Of a DNA stretch of 64,000 bases, positions 41,190-53,480 are shown one piece after another. The translations under genes and the position numbers were made by a program. The notes under the pieces were generated by a model, which did no database searches, was not told where the DNA came from, and saw nothing but the letters and a program-made list of their open reading frames with translations. The stretch's first letter is position 1, and the number at the start of each line of letters is the position of its first letter. Origin of the DNA: Eledone cirrhosa (lineage: Eukaryota); contig OZ024743.1 in NCBI GenBank assembly GCA_964016885.1, positions 124,620,001 through 124,684,000 on the forward strand, in the 5' to 3' direction.

Positions 41190-41687
41190 TACATATATAT
41201 ACATACACGCACACATACACACATACACACACACGTACAAATAAATAATCAAAATATTATAAATGTATGTACACATGAGCCTGTCTGCAAATGCGCCCGC
41301 ACACAGCCCTATGTGAGAACATAAAAACCTAGTGGGTAAGTAAGAACAAAAAGGGAGTAAAATGAAATAATAAACACAATTATTAAGAATAGGGAAGGGA
41401 AAAAAGTGTTGTAAAAGGAATTCGATGAGATCTAGATAAGAGTATCTGGTTAAAAAGTGAACTGAGTAAAGGATAAAGGTGCTGAGTGTGTATGTGTAAA
41501 GGGTAAGGTAGAAAGTAGGGGGGATTATAAGTCAACTGAAAAAAATGATAAATAATAGGAAAAAAATAATAAATATAAAGAGATATAGAAGGAGATGAGG
41601 GAGAAAAAGTATATATGGGTAAGAAGTATGAGTTCATAAGGTAATAAATTCATTGTGAGTGGAAGGCATGATGAGTAAAGAAGAAGC

Positions 41688-43665
41688 TCAAGGTGGTTGA
41701 GTCATCGTAGGAATGTCAATCCAGTAAAAAAGTAGATGCGATTTCAGATGTGGACAACATCTGAAGATCTCGGTCTTGGAGTTGAGGCAAGTGAAAGGGG
41801 CTTTCAAGTTTTGGAGGATTCTAAATTTTTCCGTGGTGCACAAAGAACATTTCTTTGTGCCCCTTTGGTATTCTCTTGAATGGTCTAAAATAGACCAATC
41901 AATAGTGTACGGAATGTTTTTGTCTTTGAATTCCCACACTTTATTTGCAAGCGCCGTTACTGTTCTTTTTTTAGGGTGTTTGAAAGAAGCAACATGTACA
42001 TAATACCTGGTTTTGAATCTGTCCTGAGTCATGCCAACATATTGTTCACTCCTGGCTGGTTATTAATCATCGGTGTCAATTTGGCCTCATACACAATGGA
42101 CTTGGTATTACATTTACCCTGTAATGGGCATTCTTCCGGCTTCCTGCAACTGCATCCTGGATTTACTCTTGCACGATTAGAGATGGTAATTTTAGTCTTA
42201 ATAGATGGACTGCAAGAGTAACTGATTTTGACTACATTTCTATTAAATATCTTATTATATCTATGATTAGGGGGAAAATGTTTGTCTAGGAGGTCGAGGA
42301 ATTTCCTTCCTACATTAGTTTTGACAGTTAGAGAGAAGAGGGTGTAAACCAAATAATTTTTCTTTTCCTGTTATTGTGTTTAGTGTTAGAGGGAGGAGTA
42401 GGTAAATATTTAATATGTTCGGTGAAGCCGCTGTTATTGAGGGCCTTATTATAATAAGGGGCGGCTTTGTTAAAAATGTCTAAAGACGAAGATAAGGTAG
42501 AAATCCTACGGCTAATGTTAGGAATAAGATTTTTAAAGACTATAGGGGGATGGCAAGACTCTTTGTGGATATATCTTAAATTCTCGTTAGGTTTATGATA
42601 AGGTTTAAAAGAGGCAGTAAGTAGATCAAGATTAATATCAAGAAAGTTAGTATTAGTAAGATTCGTATCTATAGTAATTTTAAGGTTTAGGTTAGCAAAG
42701 GTATTGATTAAATCTTTACGGAATTTATCAAGGTTATGGCCGTTGGTGGTATGAGAAACTGCCAAACCGTCGTCTCGGTATAAACCGATATTATGGCAAG
42801 GAAATTTCTCTTTAAGGGTGTGGTGGAGGAATAATCCTACTAAGTCGCACACATCAGCACTATCATATGAGCCCATCGCAACATGAAAAGAATTTTCAGA
42901 GCTTGACTTTTTAACCCAAATACTTTCATTAGCAAAAAGTAGTGTTTTTCTAACATGAAAGATAACGTCTTCTTCTAATTTAGAAATATTAATGAAACGT
43001 CTTGCAAAATCTAAGGCTTTTGTTAATAAGGATTCAGTGAAAGAGGGGTAAAAATCAACAATATCAAATTGGGTAAATCTACATTTATTCTTTCCTTGTA
43101 TATTATTAAACCAAGAAATAACAGAGAATGTATTTAACCATTGTGATAAATCAGTCTTAGTTCTTATTTGGAGTATTATTTTTCTAAAGATTTTTTACTC
43201 GCAAGGCCAACTTCAGATTTAGCCGGGTTAATTAGTCTACAGCTAGGTCGATTAGTAAAGTCTGATTTATGGTCTTTAAGGGTAATATATTCTTTACGTT
43301 TAGCTAGGCTTTCAATCCGGTTATCTATTTTTAAAGTACTAGCTAGGTCTTTAGCTTCTTTATTAATGGTACTGTAAGTATTAATGTTAGTTATTTGATA
43401 TTTGGTGGTGATACTATTAGTTAAAAGTTGGTTATACAAAATATTATTTACTTCAAAAAGATTTTTAGTTTTATCAGAAAAAACAAAAGTGTTTGTAGAA
43501 TGTTTAAAGTTAGAAATATCGTTAGAGAGTCATTGTTGTACTTACGATATTTAATTTCACTAATTAAGTTAACTAGGTCTATTTTGAAGTTGGCCATGTC
43601 TTTAATTCTAGGTGGGTATTTGCGGGATTTAATGTCAAAATGTGTGTGTTCATTTATGTTTATAT
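41688..43665 (-). pseudogene. Naiad-like PLE, near full length but frameshifted. Its 3' UTR segment 40590-40935 is inverted at 43668-43990.
   Basis: ITLKDHK..CRLINPAKSE, QFDIVDFYPS, MGSYDSADVCDLVGL, GLYRDDGL, NFLD, CSCRKPEECPLQGKC, IVYEA, RFKTRY, CSLC..E, LNSKTE..CPH. Confidence 0.9.
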
Positions 43666-44066
43666 CATAATAATATATGGTTATATGTATGTGTTTACGC
43701 ATATAGTTGTGTGTATGCAGTTGTATATATGGTTTTGTTTTTGCCTGTATGGTTTTACGTATGGTTTTGTATGCGTGTGCTGTTTTCTTATTACGTGCGA
43801 GTGCGCGCACGCATGTGTGTACGTATGTACGTAGGTTTTGTACCAATGCTCTTTTTTGTAGGGTTTATGTGTGTGTTAGTATATTTGGTTGTATGCATGT
43901 TTTTATATACGTGTGTATACGTGTGTATGTGCATGTGTATTTTTGCACGCATGTGGCTGTGTATGTATGTTTATTTTATATTTTTGTGTGTATATATATA
44001 TATATATGTATTTATACGTGTTTTTATACATGTGTATGAGTAGTTGTGCATGTTTTTGTGTGTGTT

Positions 44067-44142
<76 letters not shown>

Positions 44143-44548
44143 ATTTATGTATATGCACAACTCGTGTATTTGTTTATTTTAAAATTGTTTTTATTTTCCC
44201 CCTTCCTCTCACTTATCGTTGTCAACACGTATCCTTTGTCTTTATTTTATTTTTGACTTTGTATTTTTTGTTCTTATTCATTTATTTATTCATTCTTATT
44301 ACTTCATGTATATGTATGTGCATGTATTTTGTCTATGTCTGTAGATGCATTTACGCTTATGTGATAAAGTATACGTCTACGTATATGCGCGTGGTTGAGT
44401 GTGTGTATGTTTTTATATTTATTTGTTATATATATTTATGTATTCTTTTTTTCTCCTCTTCTTCTTCGCCCGTTGTTTCCTCAGCCTCACTTTCATATTT
44501 CTTATATTTTGTTTTCAAATCCATATTTAATAAAAACACCATGTTTTA

Positions 44549-44606
44549 TTCATTCTGACGACTGAAAACAGATATATCTGCTTTCAAGAAACCACTGCTA
44601 ACTGAA
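44549..44606 (+). ncRNA. Type I hammerhead, slightly decayed, upstream of and antisense to the Naiad-like PLE
   Basis: TTCATT CTGACGA C TGAAAACAGAT-at-ATCTGCTTTCA A GAAA CCACTGC TA ACTGAA. Flanks 44475-44635 match 23830-24000 inverted. Confidence 0.7.
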
Positions 44607-44725
44607 ATGATTATCTTATGTTGTTTATTACATAACTAATAAGCTATGTAGCCTACATAGAGCACTCTTTTTTCCTGTACCTTTCCGACGGAGTTACTTC
44701 ATTTACACACACACACACATATACA

Positions 44726-44772
<47 letters not shown>

Positions 44773-44915
44773 AAACACGGTTTTAGGAAGCTGTAGCTAT
44801 GCAAACACCGGGGCTAACGCCCTCTGGTGGTGTTCAGTAGAAGCAGGTGGACAACCGTCTATGCATTTCAGGCTTATCTCTTGGAAAACTGTTGGTGGTG
44901 ACGTTTTGTTGTGTG

Positions 44916-45031
<116 letters not shown>

Positions 45032-45704
45032 GAAGGACGTGAGAAAGAGCATTGAGAATGCCGAAGTAGAATTTAAATATTCTTTATTATGCTTTATTAT
45101 GACTAAGTGATGAGTCTTGTTACCCTAGAATTTTACTTGGTACATAGGTGAAGTACCAGAGTAATGAGAATCATCGCTTAGCCATAATAATGAATATACA
45201 TGTATGTATGTATGTATGTATGTATGTATGTATGTATGTATGTATGTAGAGATGACCCCTTAGCCTTTGTCAAGGCAGAATTCTAGGAGAATGAAAACTC
45301 TGATATAACACCTGCAACTCTGATGGTATCCAATGATGTTGACATGTTCTTCTTTTTGGTAAATATCATCTTGGTTAAGAGAGTGGGACTGGCTTTGTGC
45401 AGTGCCTTTGTTCACTATAAAAGCTTCACGGCACAGTCATTGCTTTATATCTGGAGATCTCTCTGCACTTGTCATCACATGGTACCATGGGCCCAGCACT
45501 ATGTGTGAATAATTTGTACCAGAGTTTTCAAGTCGCTGGCTGGACTAAAAAGTCACACTCGTTCAGCGCATCAGTAGGGGTTCTCCTACATGGATATAAA
45601 GTAGTGGCCGTACTCGAAAACGAGCTGGCAGCCACCATGTATGTATGTATGTATGTATGTATGTATGTATGTATGTATGTATGTATGCATGCATGCATGC
45701 ATGC

Positions 45705-45756
<52 letters not shown>

Positions 45757-45763
<7 letters not shown>

Positions 45764-46145
45764 TAAGAGGAATTCCAACTTTGTCTGATTTACTCGTTTT
45801 ATTTACAATCCTTTAAAATATATAATGGTATTATAATGAAATAGTATGATAGAATATTAAATTCTAAGTGTTAATTGAACAAGTACTTTCATGCTTTCGC
45901 AATCTTCAGGTTCATAATATGTGGTGACAGTCAAGTTTGCAATTTTCAACAGTTGAAAATTGCAAACTTGACTGTCACCACATATTATGAACCTGAAGAT
46001 TACGAAAGCATGAAAGTACTTGTTCAATTAACACTTAGAATTTAATATTCTATCATACTATTTCATTATAATACCATTATATATTTTAAAGGATTGTAAA
46101 TAAAACGAGTAAATCAGACAAAGTTGGAATTCCTCTTATTAATAT
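45757..46145. mobile_element. Near-perfect ~390 bp palindrome with an HHR on each arm (45876-45914 minus, 45988-46026 plus)
   Basis: Centre ~45951. TGAAC CTGAAGA T TGC-gaaa-GCA T GAAA GTAC TT GTTCA. Confidence 0.9.
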
Positions 46146-46212
46146 AATCTTCTATACACAACCATACACACCCGTGTATATTTACCTATCTATCTATCTA
46201 TCTATCTATCTA

Positions 46213-46248
<36 letters not shown>

Positions 46249-46258
46249 CATATATATA

Positions 46259-46311
<53 letters not shown>

Positions 46312-46548
46312 CATATGACATATACTTTTTATATGTGAAGATGTATGTATATTTATATAAAAATACATATTCATATGAATATGTATACGCACTCCATCAT
46401 CCACTTTAAAAAAAAATAAATCATACACAAAACGCCAGCACCAATAGTTTTGCAAGAGATGTCAACATGAATGGACCTGTTTTATCTAAAGACATTTTTT
46501 CTAATTCCAACCCGCCCGTCCCCTCAATCTATCTTATTTCTCATTCTT

Positions 46549-46584
46549 TTTTCTGATGAAGGACTAGCGTCCGAAACGTTAAGA
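46549..46584 (+). ncRNA. Minimal type I hammerhead. The element 46405-46662 has an inverted copy at 52525-52785.
   Basis: TTTT CTGATGA A GGAC-tagc-GTCC GAAA CG TT AAGA. Confidence 0.75.
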
Positions 46585-46668
46585 CCCTCATCCTGCTATA
46601 TCAAGCGTTAACCTAATATATACCTTCCATATACTGTACCGATTGTGTTGTTATTTCTGTTTACTTTT

Positions 46669-46745
<77 letters not shown>

Positions 46746-46924
46746 GTATGTATGTATGTATATATAACTATATATATATTTATTTAGGTTTGTTGGTTCA
46801 CCACTGGATAGAATTGCTCATTCCGTATGGTCAATCTTGATGTAATATTATGGAGAGTACTCAACGTAATGCAGCTCACCCGTCTTCATTTGTGTAGTTG
46901 GTGGTGCGAATACGGAGTTAATTA

Positions 46925-47272
46925 TAAATAAAATAACAGGAGGCTGGACTGGTGTAAATCCTTGAAAGGTTTATTATACTATGATCATTTCAATGACCGG
47001 GTTCCGTATGAATCCGGTGATATCATCTGGTATTCGAAATATAACAAAGGAAAATAACAGATAAAATCTATGGGTCCGAAAATCAAAGACAAAGAGGACG
47101 ACTGACCAACTAGTTGCTTTCACCTCGGTCAGTCGTCCTCTGTTATGTTCCTTTGTTATATTTCGAATACCTGATGATGTCACCGGATTCATACGGAACC
47201 CGGTCATTGAAATGATCATAGTATAATAAACCTTTCAAGGATTTACACCAGTCCAGCCTCCTGTTATTTTAT
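46925..47272. mobile_element. Foldback with an HHR at 47167-47224 (plus, intact) and a mutated mirror at 46976-47033
   Basis: ATAC CTGATGA TG..ACCGG...CCGGTCATT GAAA TGATCA TA GTAT. Confidence 0.85.
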
Positions 47273-47328
47273 ATATATATATATATATATAATATAAGAT
47301 CAAATGATGGTTAAAAGAGTTCCATGTA

Positions 47329-47395
47329 TTTTATTATGCGCATTTCAAAAACAAATATCATCATGAGATGACATTTGCGTTTTCGTCAGATAAAA
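47329..47395 (-). ncRNA. Type I hammerhead with long stem II
   Basis: TTTTAT CTGACGA AAAC GCAAATGTCATC-tcat-GATGATATTTGT TTTT GAAA TGCGCA TA ATAAAA. Confidence 0.85.
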
Positions 47396-47484
47396 TAGGG
47401 AAACATGATATGAAGGTTAAAAAACACTTGTGAATAGTGCAATATTTGCATTGCTTTATTGTACTACAATAAAACTCACCTCCT

Positions 47485-47594
<110 letters not shown>

Positions 47595-48194
47595 AGATAT
47601 GTGTGTGTACTATGCTCGAGTAATTATAATCATAACAAATTTAAGACATTGAAACTAATTAGTTTCACTATTGTATAACCCCAATTTATCATTACACGAC
47701 AGCAATAGAAAAAGTATACCAAATTTAAATAATTAAACTTAAACAGAATTGTCATCGCTCTGTAGTCAAACAGCATAAAGGATTTAACAGGTTCAAACAC
47801 ATTCTAACCATTAAATAAAGAAGAAAAATTCTTATCTCGAAACAGGGATTTATTTCAATAAGAATAGACAAGTTTTAAGCTACATTACTTGTCTTAAGTG
47901 AAAAACAAAATGTAGTATTCTCCCATATTGCATGTGATTTTCATATCTTTAGGTTCACCTTACTAATTCAAAAGCAAAATTTATTTACTTCTGTTCCCTT
48001 TTCACGAAGAGGCTTCTGATTTACAATCTGTACTTATGAATATCTACATTAAATTTACCTTACATAGTGAGTAAGAGTTCATTTCGCAACCACATCCTTC
48101 TGGGTTACACTGTCTTTCTCAGATTGACCAATACTTTGTGAGTGAAATTTTGGAGACAGAAGCTGTAGAAGCCCTATATATATGTATATATATA

Positions 48195-50500
48195 TATTGT
48201 AAATATAGAAAACAAACATTTATTTACAATAGTTTATAACTTTGCCTATTAATCCGTATGGTGAGAAAATGGGGTCCCACGTGCTGGCCTCCCCACAGCC
48301 CCGGCAGACAGGATCGAGAAGGCGTTTCCCCGAGGGATGGTAACGGAGATGCGTTGGAAAAGCCATTCCAACTCGCGAGGCTCACACCTGCGGCTGGCTA
48401 GCTCAGCGCCTATGGTGGTGAATAGGGAGGTAGCCCTGGGGCCGAGGACACCAGAAGTCTCCACTGCCAAGAGCGACCGGTATTTGAGGAGCTTGGCCTC
48501 CTCAGCCCGACGTGCGGCAGTACCTGGGTTAGTCGCAGACTGCACCAGGTTGCGGCTGGAGAAAGTGTCGCTGCAAGTGGCATCCAAGACGAGGGGTTTG
48601 CCACTGCGGAACGAGAAAATGGTCACACGTCTGGCCTTTTGCCATCCCCTCGGTCCAGCCCCACTGGCTCGAGCTTGGAGGGGAAGCCTGCAGCGTCCAA
48701 GCCATGCTTAATCACCTCGTTGAGGGCAGCATGGCGTGGAAGGCGGCCGGCACTGTGGCGACAGGAAAGCGGGTGGAGTCCGAAAGCGTCCACGGTTGAT
48801 CCACAGCGACATTTATGTGGCTCGCGGATCCGGAGTCCAAGCCTCAAGGAAACGTTGATGCGCAGGCTATCGTTATCCAGCTGCGTGCCAGTGGCGAAGG
48901 AAGGCAAGGCATGGAGCCAGGCACCACTGTGGGATTTGGAGGCCGCGCGAAAACAGGCAATGCGGTGCTAGTCGAACTGGCGCGTGAGCTTGTCTGAGGC
49001 CAGGCTGCACTGGGTGTTATCCCATACGCTTTGGGGGGACTTGACTTAAGCAGGGGGAGAAGGAGGAGGGACTTTACCGAGCTAAGTCCCAGCCTGTCCC
49101 ACGTCTCACAGGCGACCTCACGTTCCCTGAACACAGGGGGTTCTATTGTGTTTTGGAGAACCCTGCTGACGAGGACGCCCAGCGTAACATCATCCAGGTA
49201 CCAAACGTTGAGAGAGGCCCTGATAGTCCGGGCAATGTGGTCTATACCAAGGGCAAACAGGAGGGGGCCCAGAGGGTCGCCCTGTTGGACCCCAGTGGCC
49301 GAAGGTATGACCGTGTCAGCAGCAAGGAGCATGCTCGGGACTCCATATTACAAGTAGGCCAGCGGGTAGGCGGAGGGGGCTCGGCTGAAGCAGGCATTGA
49401 GCAGATGGCCCCGACGTATGCAATTAAAGCCACAAGGAGCAGGTGGGGATCGGGTGGGGGTATGAGTCTAGGTCAGCGGGTGGCTCAGGGTGCTTGAGTT
49501 GCAGGGCAGCCAGGACCTCCTCGGTGGGTTAGAGGACAGTGTCCTCTGAGGCAACCACTGTGACTGCGGCCGAGGCATCACCCATAAGTTTAGCGTTTAC
49601 GCGGTCACACAAACGCTTGGCGCTGGCTTCAGGGGTGGAGGATTGGAGGCACCCAAGAGCAGGCGTTGTGGCGTCCTTCGGCATGCTTGGAATGGGAGCT
49701 TGCCCAAAGGACGAAACATTGGCCTTGACGAAGGCTGTTGTTGACCCGCCGCCTCGGTCAGCGCCAGAGCTGGGGAGGACGAGGACGAGTGGGCGAAATA
49801 GTAGAGGCGCTCCCAGTCACTGGCTAGATTGGAGTCCAGAGCACTCTCGATCAAGGAAACGAGGACATCAGCTATCGGCACCCGGGCTACCTTTGGGATC
49901 CTGAGCGGAATCTTCCGGAACCACGTGAGCCGAGCGATGTTGACCAGCGAGGCTTGGGTATCAGGAAAGCTCGCTGTCTCATCTGGTAGAGTGCCAGACG
50001 GTCGTGGCTGGGCAGACAAGAGGAAGAGACAGTTTCTGGATCTCCACGCTGCGATGGCACTGGAATCTCGACGCGTCAAGCCAACACGGGTGAGGTGGTG
50101 GAAGCAGCCGCACCCCGAACAGTTACGGCCTCTCTTCCGTCTGTTCGTGGTGCTGCAAGTGCTGCAGATGTTGACTGGTGGGGATGGACGATGGGGCGTG
50201 GAACCGGGGACCGGGGCACCAAGCGACATCAGGGGTGAGTGGCTGGCTTTCACCAGCCTAGGTGCTATGCACAATTGCACGTGGGTGGAAGGGACAGTGT
50301 TGGTATGAGTGAGGCTTCATATGGAGGCGACAAAAGACAATATAAAAGAGAAGGGGTGTTTCATAGAGGGGGACACACACGGAAGTAGAAAGTTAGCAAA
50401 TAAATAAACGAATGAATGGATGAATGTACAAAAAGAAAACAGGGGGCTGTTCCCAGCGGAATGACCCAAAGGTTGTTATTGTCATATGCTGCCAGTAACA
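48195..50500 (-). pseudogene. CRE-like non-LTR retrotransposon (Cys-rich N-term, RT, CCHC knuckle, restriction-like endonuclease), with internal deletions and frameshifts
   Basis: GVQQGDPLGPLLF, WYLDD, CRCG..HPLSC..RH, KRPD..LVLDATC..AEEAK..KY..AVETSG, RGNA. GC-rich relative to the flanks. Confidence 0.85.
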
Positions 50501-51032
50501 GCACATGCACCAGTCGAGTTTCATATCAATTTATCATTTTAATTTTCCGTGCATTACTGGTACTTTATTTTATCAACCCTGTAAGGATGAAAGGTAAAGT
50601 TAAACTCGGTCGGATTTGAACCCGGAACGCAAAGGGCCGTAACTCTATGCCAAAATTAAAGTTGTCCAAAATTCTACCGATACTGTCAATCCATCGTCCT
50701 TATATACGAAAATCATAATCATAAACTAAAATTATAATCATAAATTTGAGTGGAATTCTGATGGTGCGTGTGTTTTTTATTGGCACCATGACCCTCCCAA
50801 ATTATAACAATAGCTGTTTCAACACATATTTTCACATAAAAAAATGCAACATATATATATGGATGTGTGTGTGTGTGTGGGTGAGTACATATATATATAT
50901 ATATAAACTGTATATCGTTTGAATTTGTGTATGTATATATATATATATATATAGTTGTGTATAATGGTAGCTATGGTGTTTCCATAGGCGGTATGCCAAA
51001 ATTAGCACTCAATATTCAGCAGAGTAGAGTGT

Positions 51033-51080
<48 letters not shown>

Positions 51081-51159
51081 TTAAACTTTAATCTGTTATT
51101 TTAATAAATATTTGCTCTACGGTTCTTATATATTTGGATTTTAGTCTTCAAATTAATTA

Positions 51160-51204
<45 letters not shown>

Positions 51205-51221
51205 AAATAGAAGTGTGTATG

Positions 51222-51264
<43 letters not shown>

Positions 51265-51272
<8 letters not shown>

Positions 51273-51890
51273 AAGGAACACGGGTGTTGGGAGGGCGGGG
51301 TGAGGTGAGAGGGCTGTGGTGCGGTCTGTTTCACGGGCGCGGGTGAGAGTAGCTTGGATCAAGGTGTGGGGGAGGGAGGAGATATCCATTCTGGATGAAG
51401 CAGGAAGCCATGCGAAGGGAATGGGTTTCGAAATCGTCGTCCTGGCTACAGAGACGACGAAGACGGAGGAATTGGGAATAGGGTATGGAATGTTTGGTGT
51501 GGGTTGGATGGGAGGAGGTGAAGGCGAGATAAAATTGGGAGGCGGAGGCGGAGGGGTCAAGGTGGTTGGGCAAAGCGTGTGCAGATTCAGTGGTGGGGAG
51601 AGAAAAGGAGGTGGTAGGTGACGGGATAGAGGGTTTAGGATTGGAGGTGATATGAGTATGGGTGGTGACGGTTGTGGTTTTTTATGAAAGTAAGGAAATT
51701 GAAAAGGAGGCGATTAAGGTAAAGGATGAATTGGATAAGGGATTGGGCGAGGAAAGGGTGGCAAGTGGAGGAGAGATGGAGGTATGCCTTGGGGAGATCT
51801 CGGTCGAGAGAACGGATTTGGGCGATAGTTGATCGAATGTTCGCCCGCATAAGCTGGCGAGAGGAGCGGGTAAGGATGGGCTCAGTGGAG
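51265..51890 (-). pseudogene. Internally deleted PLE fragment (N-terminal piece + RT thumb)
   Basis: YLAFTSSHPTHTKHSIPYSQFLRLRRLCS...F..NGY. Confidence 0.75.
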
Positions 51891-51892
51891 CC

Positions 51893-52279
51893 CATACATA
51901 CTTACATTTAAGTAAGTGCCGTACTAAGAGTGAGAAATGAAATTTCGTTTCATTATATTACAACTTATCATTTTCGGTACGCCTGGCCGACTGAACTCAC
52001 TCGATATGCAAATTAGGCTGCTCAGCCGTTAATTTTCATAAGGAAAGTATATACTTTCGAACGTTCAACTATCTGGCAGAAGGGTATACGGTGCTGATGA
52101 TAGCTAACAAGCTTGAAACTAGCACATCGTTCCTGTGTCAGTGTTGAACAAAAAGGTGACGTGGTTGCCTTAACACCGTATGGCATAAATCAGGCTGTTC
52201 GCTTGTTTACAAACGGACAAAGCGGGCGTTATAATAAACGTTCGCTAAACTGATACGTACATATATATATGTGTACCTG

Positions 52280-52362
<83 letters not shown>

Positions 52363-52458
52363 GCATGCTACTGTACGTCCGTATACATACATACTTACAT
52401 TTAAGTAAGTGCCGTACTAAGAGTGAGAAATGAAATTTCGTTTCATTATATTACAACT

Positions 52459-52465
<7 letters not shown>
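51893..52465 (+). mobile_element. Diverged retrozyme-like family A copy whose HHR (52089-52129) has lost the NUH site (GCA)
   Basis: CGGTG CTGATGA TAGCTAACAAGCTT GAAA CTAG CA CATCG. Terminal direct repeat at ~51895 and ~52390. Confidence 0.8.
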
Positions 52466-52518
<53 letters not shown>

Positions 52519-52602
52519 AAAGGTAAACAGAAATAACAACACAATCGATACAGTATATAGAAGGTATATATTAGGTTAACGCTTGATATAGCAAGAAGAG
52601 GG

Positions 52603-52638
52603 TCTTAACGTTTCGGACGCTAGTCCTTCATCAGAAGA
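52603..52638 (-). ncRNA. Minimal type I hammerhead
   Basis: TCTT CTGATGA A GGAC-tagc-GTCC GAAA CG TT AAGA. Confidence 0.8.
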
Positions 52639-53114
52639 AAGAATGAGAAATAAAATAGATTGAGGGGACGGGCGGATGGAATTGGAAAAAAATGTCTTTA
52701 GATAAAAATAACAGGTCCATCCATGTTGACATCTCTTGCAAAACTGTTGGTGCTGGCGTTTTGTGTATGATTTATTTTTTAGAAAAGTGTATATATATAT
52801 ATATATATACCGTGAAAGGTGGCCACACTCATATATGTATCTGTGGCTATGTCTAAATATATACATATATCCCTATGAATTTAATATATACTCCCGCAGT
52901 ATCTGGCTGCGCTTTCTAGCAGCCAGCCTATTTGCTGCCCGGCCACCATTCACAACTTTCTACTTTGACCACTAGCCACGTGATGATTCTTAACCATTTT
53001 TGAATTCATTTCTCGCGAGGATCACTGTGGAAATCTTAGTCCAACCCTGCTACAACTCTAGTGCACAGAAATATATTTGTAAAAGCGAAACAAGTGAAGG
53101 CGTTTTTTTTAAAT

Positions 53115-53302
53115 ATTTGTTTCTACTTTAGGCACAAGGCCAGCAATTACCCAGTTCATTACTGGTACTTTATTTTATCGACCCCGTAAGGATGAAAGGC
53201 AAAGTCAACCTCGGCGGGATTTGAACTCAGATCGTAAAGGGACGTAACTATGCTGGAAAGCATGGCGTCCGACCCTCTACCGATACTGCCAATCCACCGC
53301 AT
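53115..53302 (-). mobile_element. Deu/Nin SINE, full length
   Basis: Nearly identical to the reverse complement of 63609-63797. Confidence 0.9.
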
Positions 53303-53480
53303 TTTTTTTTAAATATTAATAACTAGGTCGTTACCCGTCACGACGCTGCCGGTACCTTCATAAAGTGTTCAAATAATGTTTAGATTGACTTTCTCGGTGA
53401 AGATTAATAACAGTTTAAATACTGTTGAATAATAACATTTATTTAACATACTTTGTTTTCTATTCTACAGAATAAATGTT

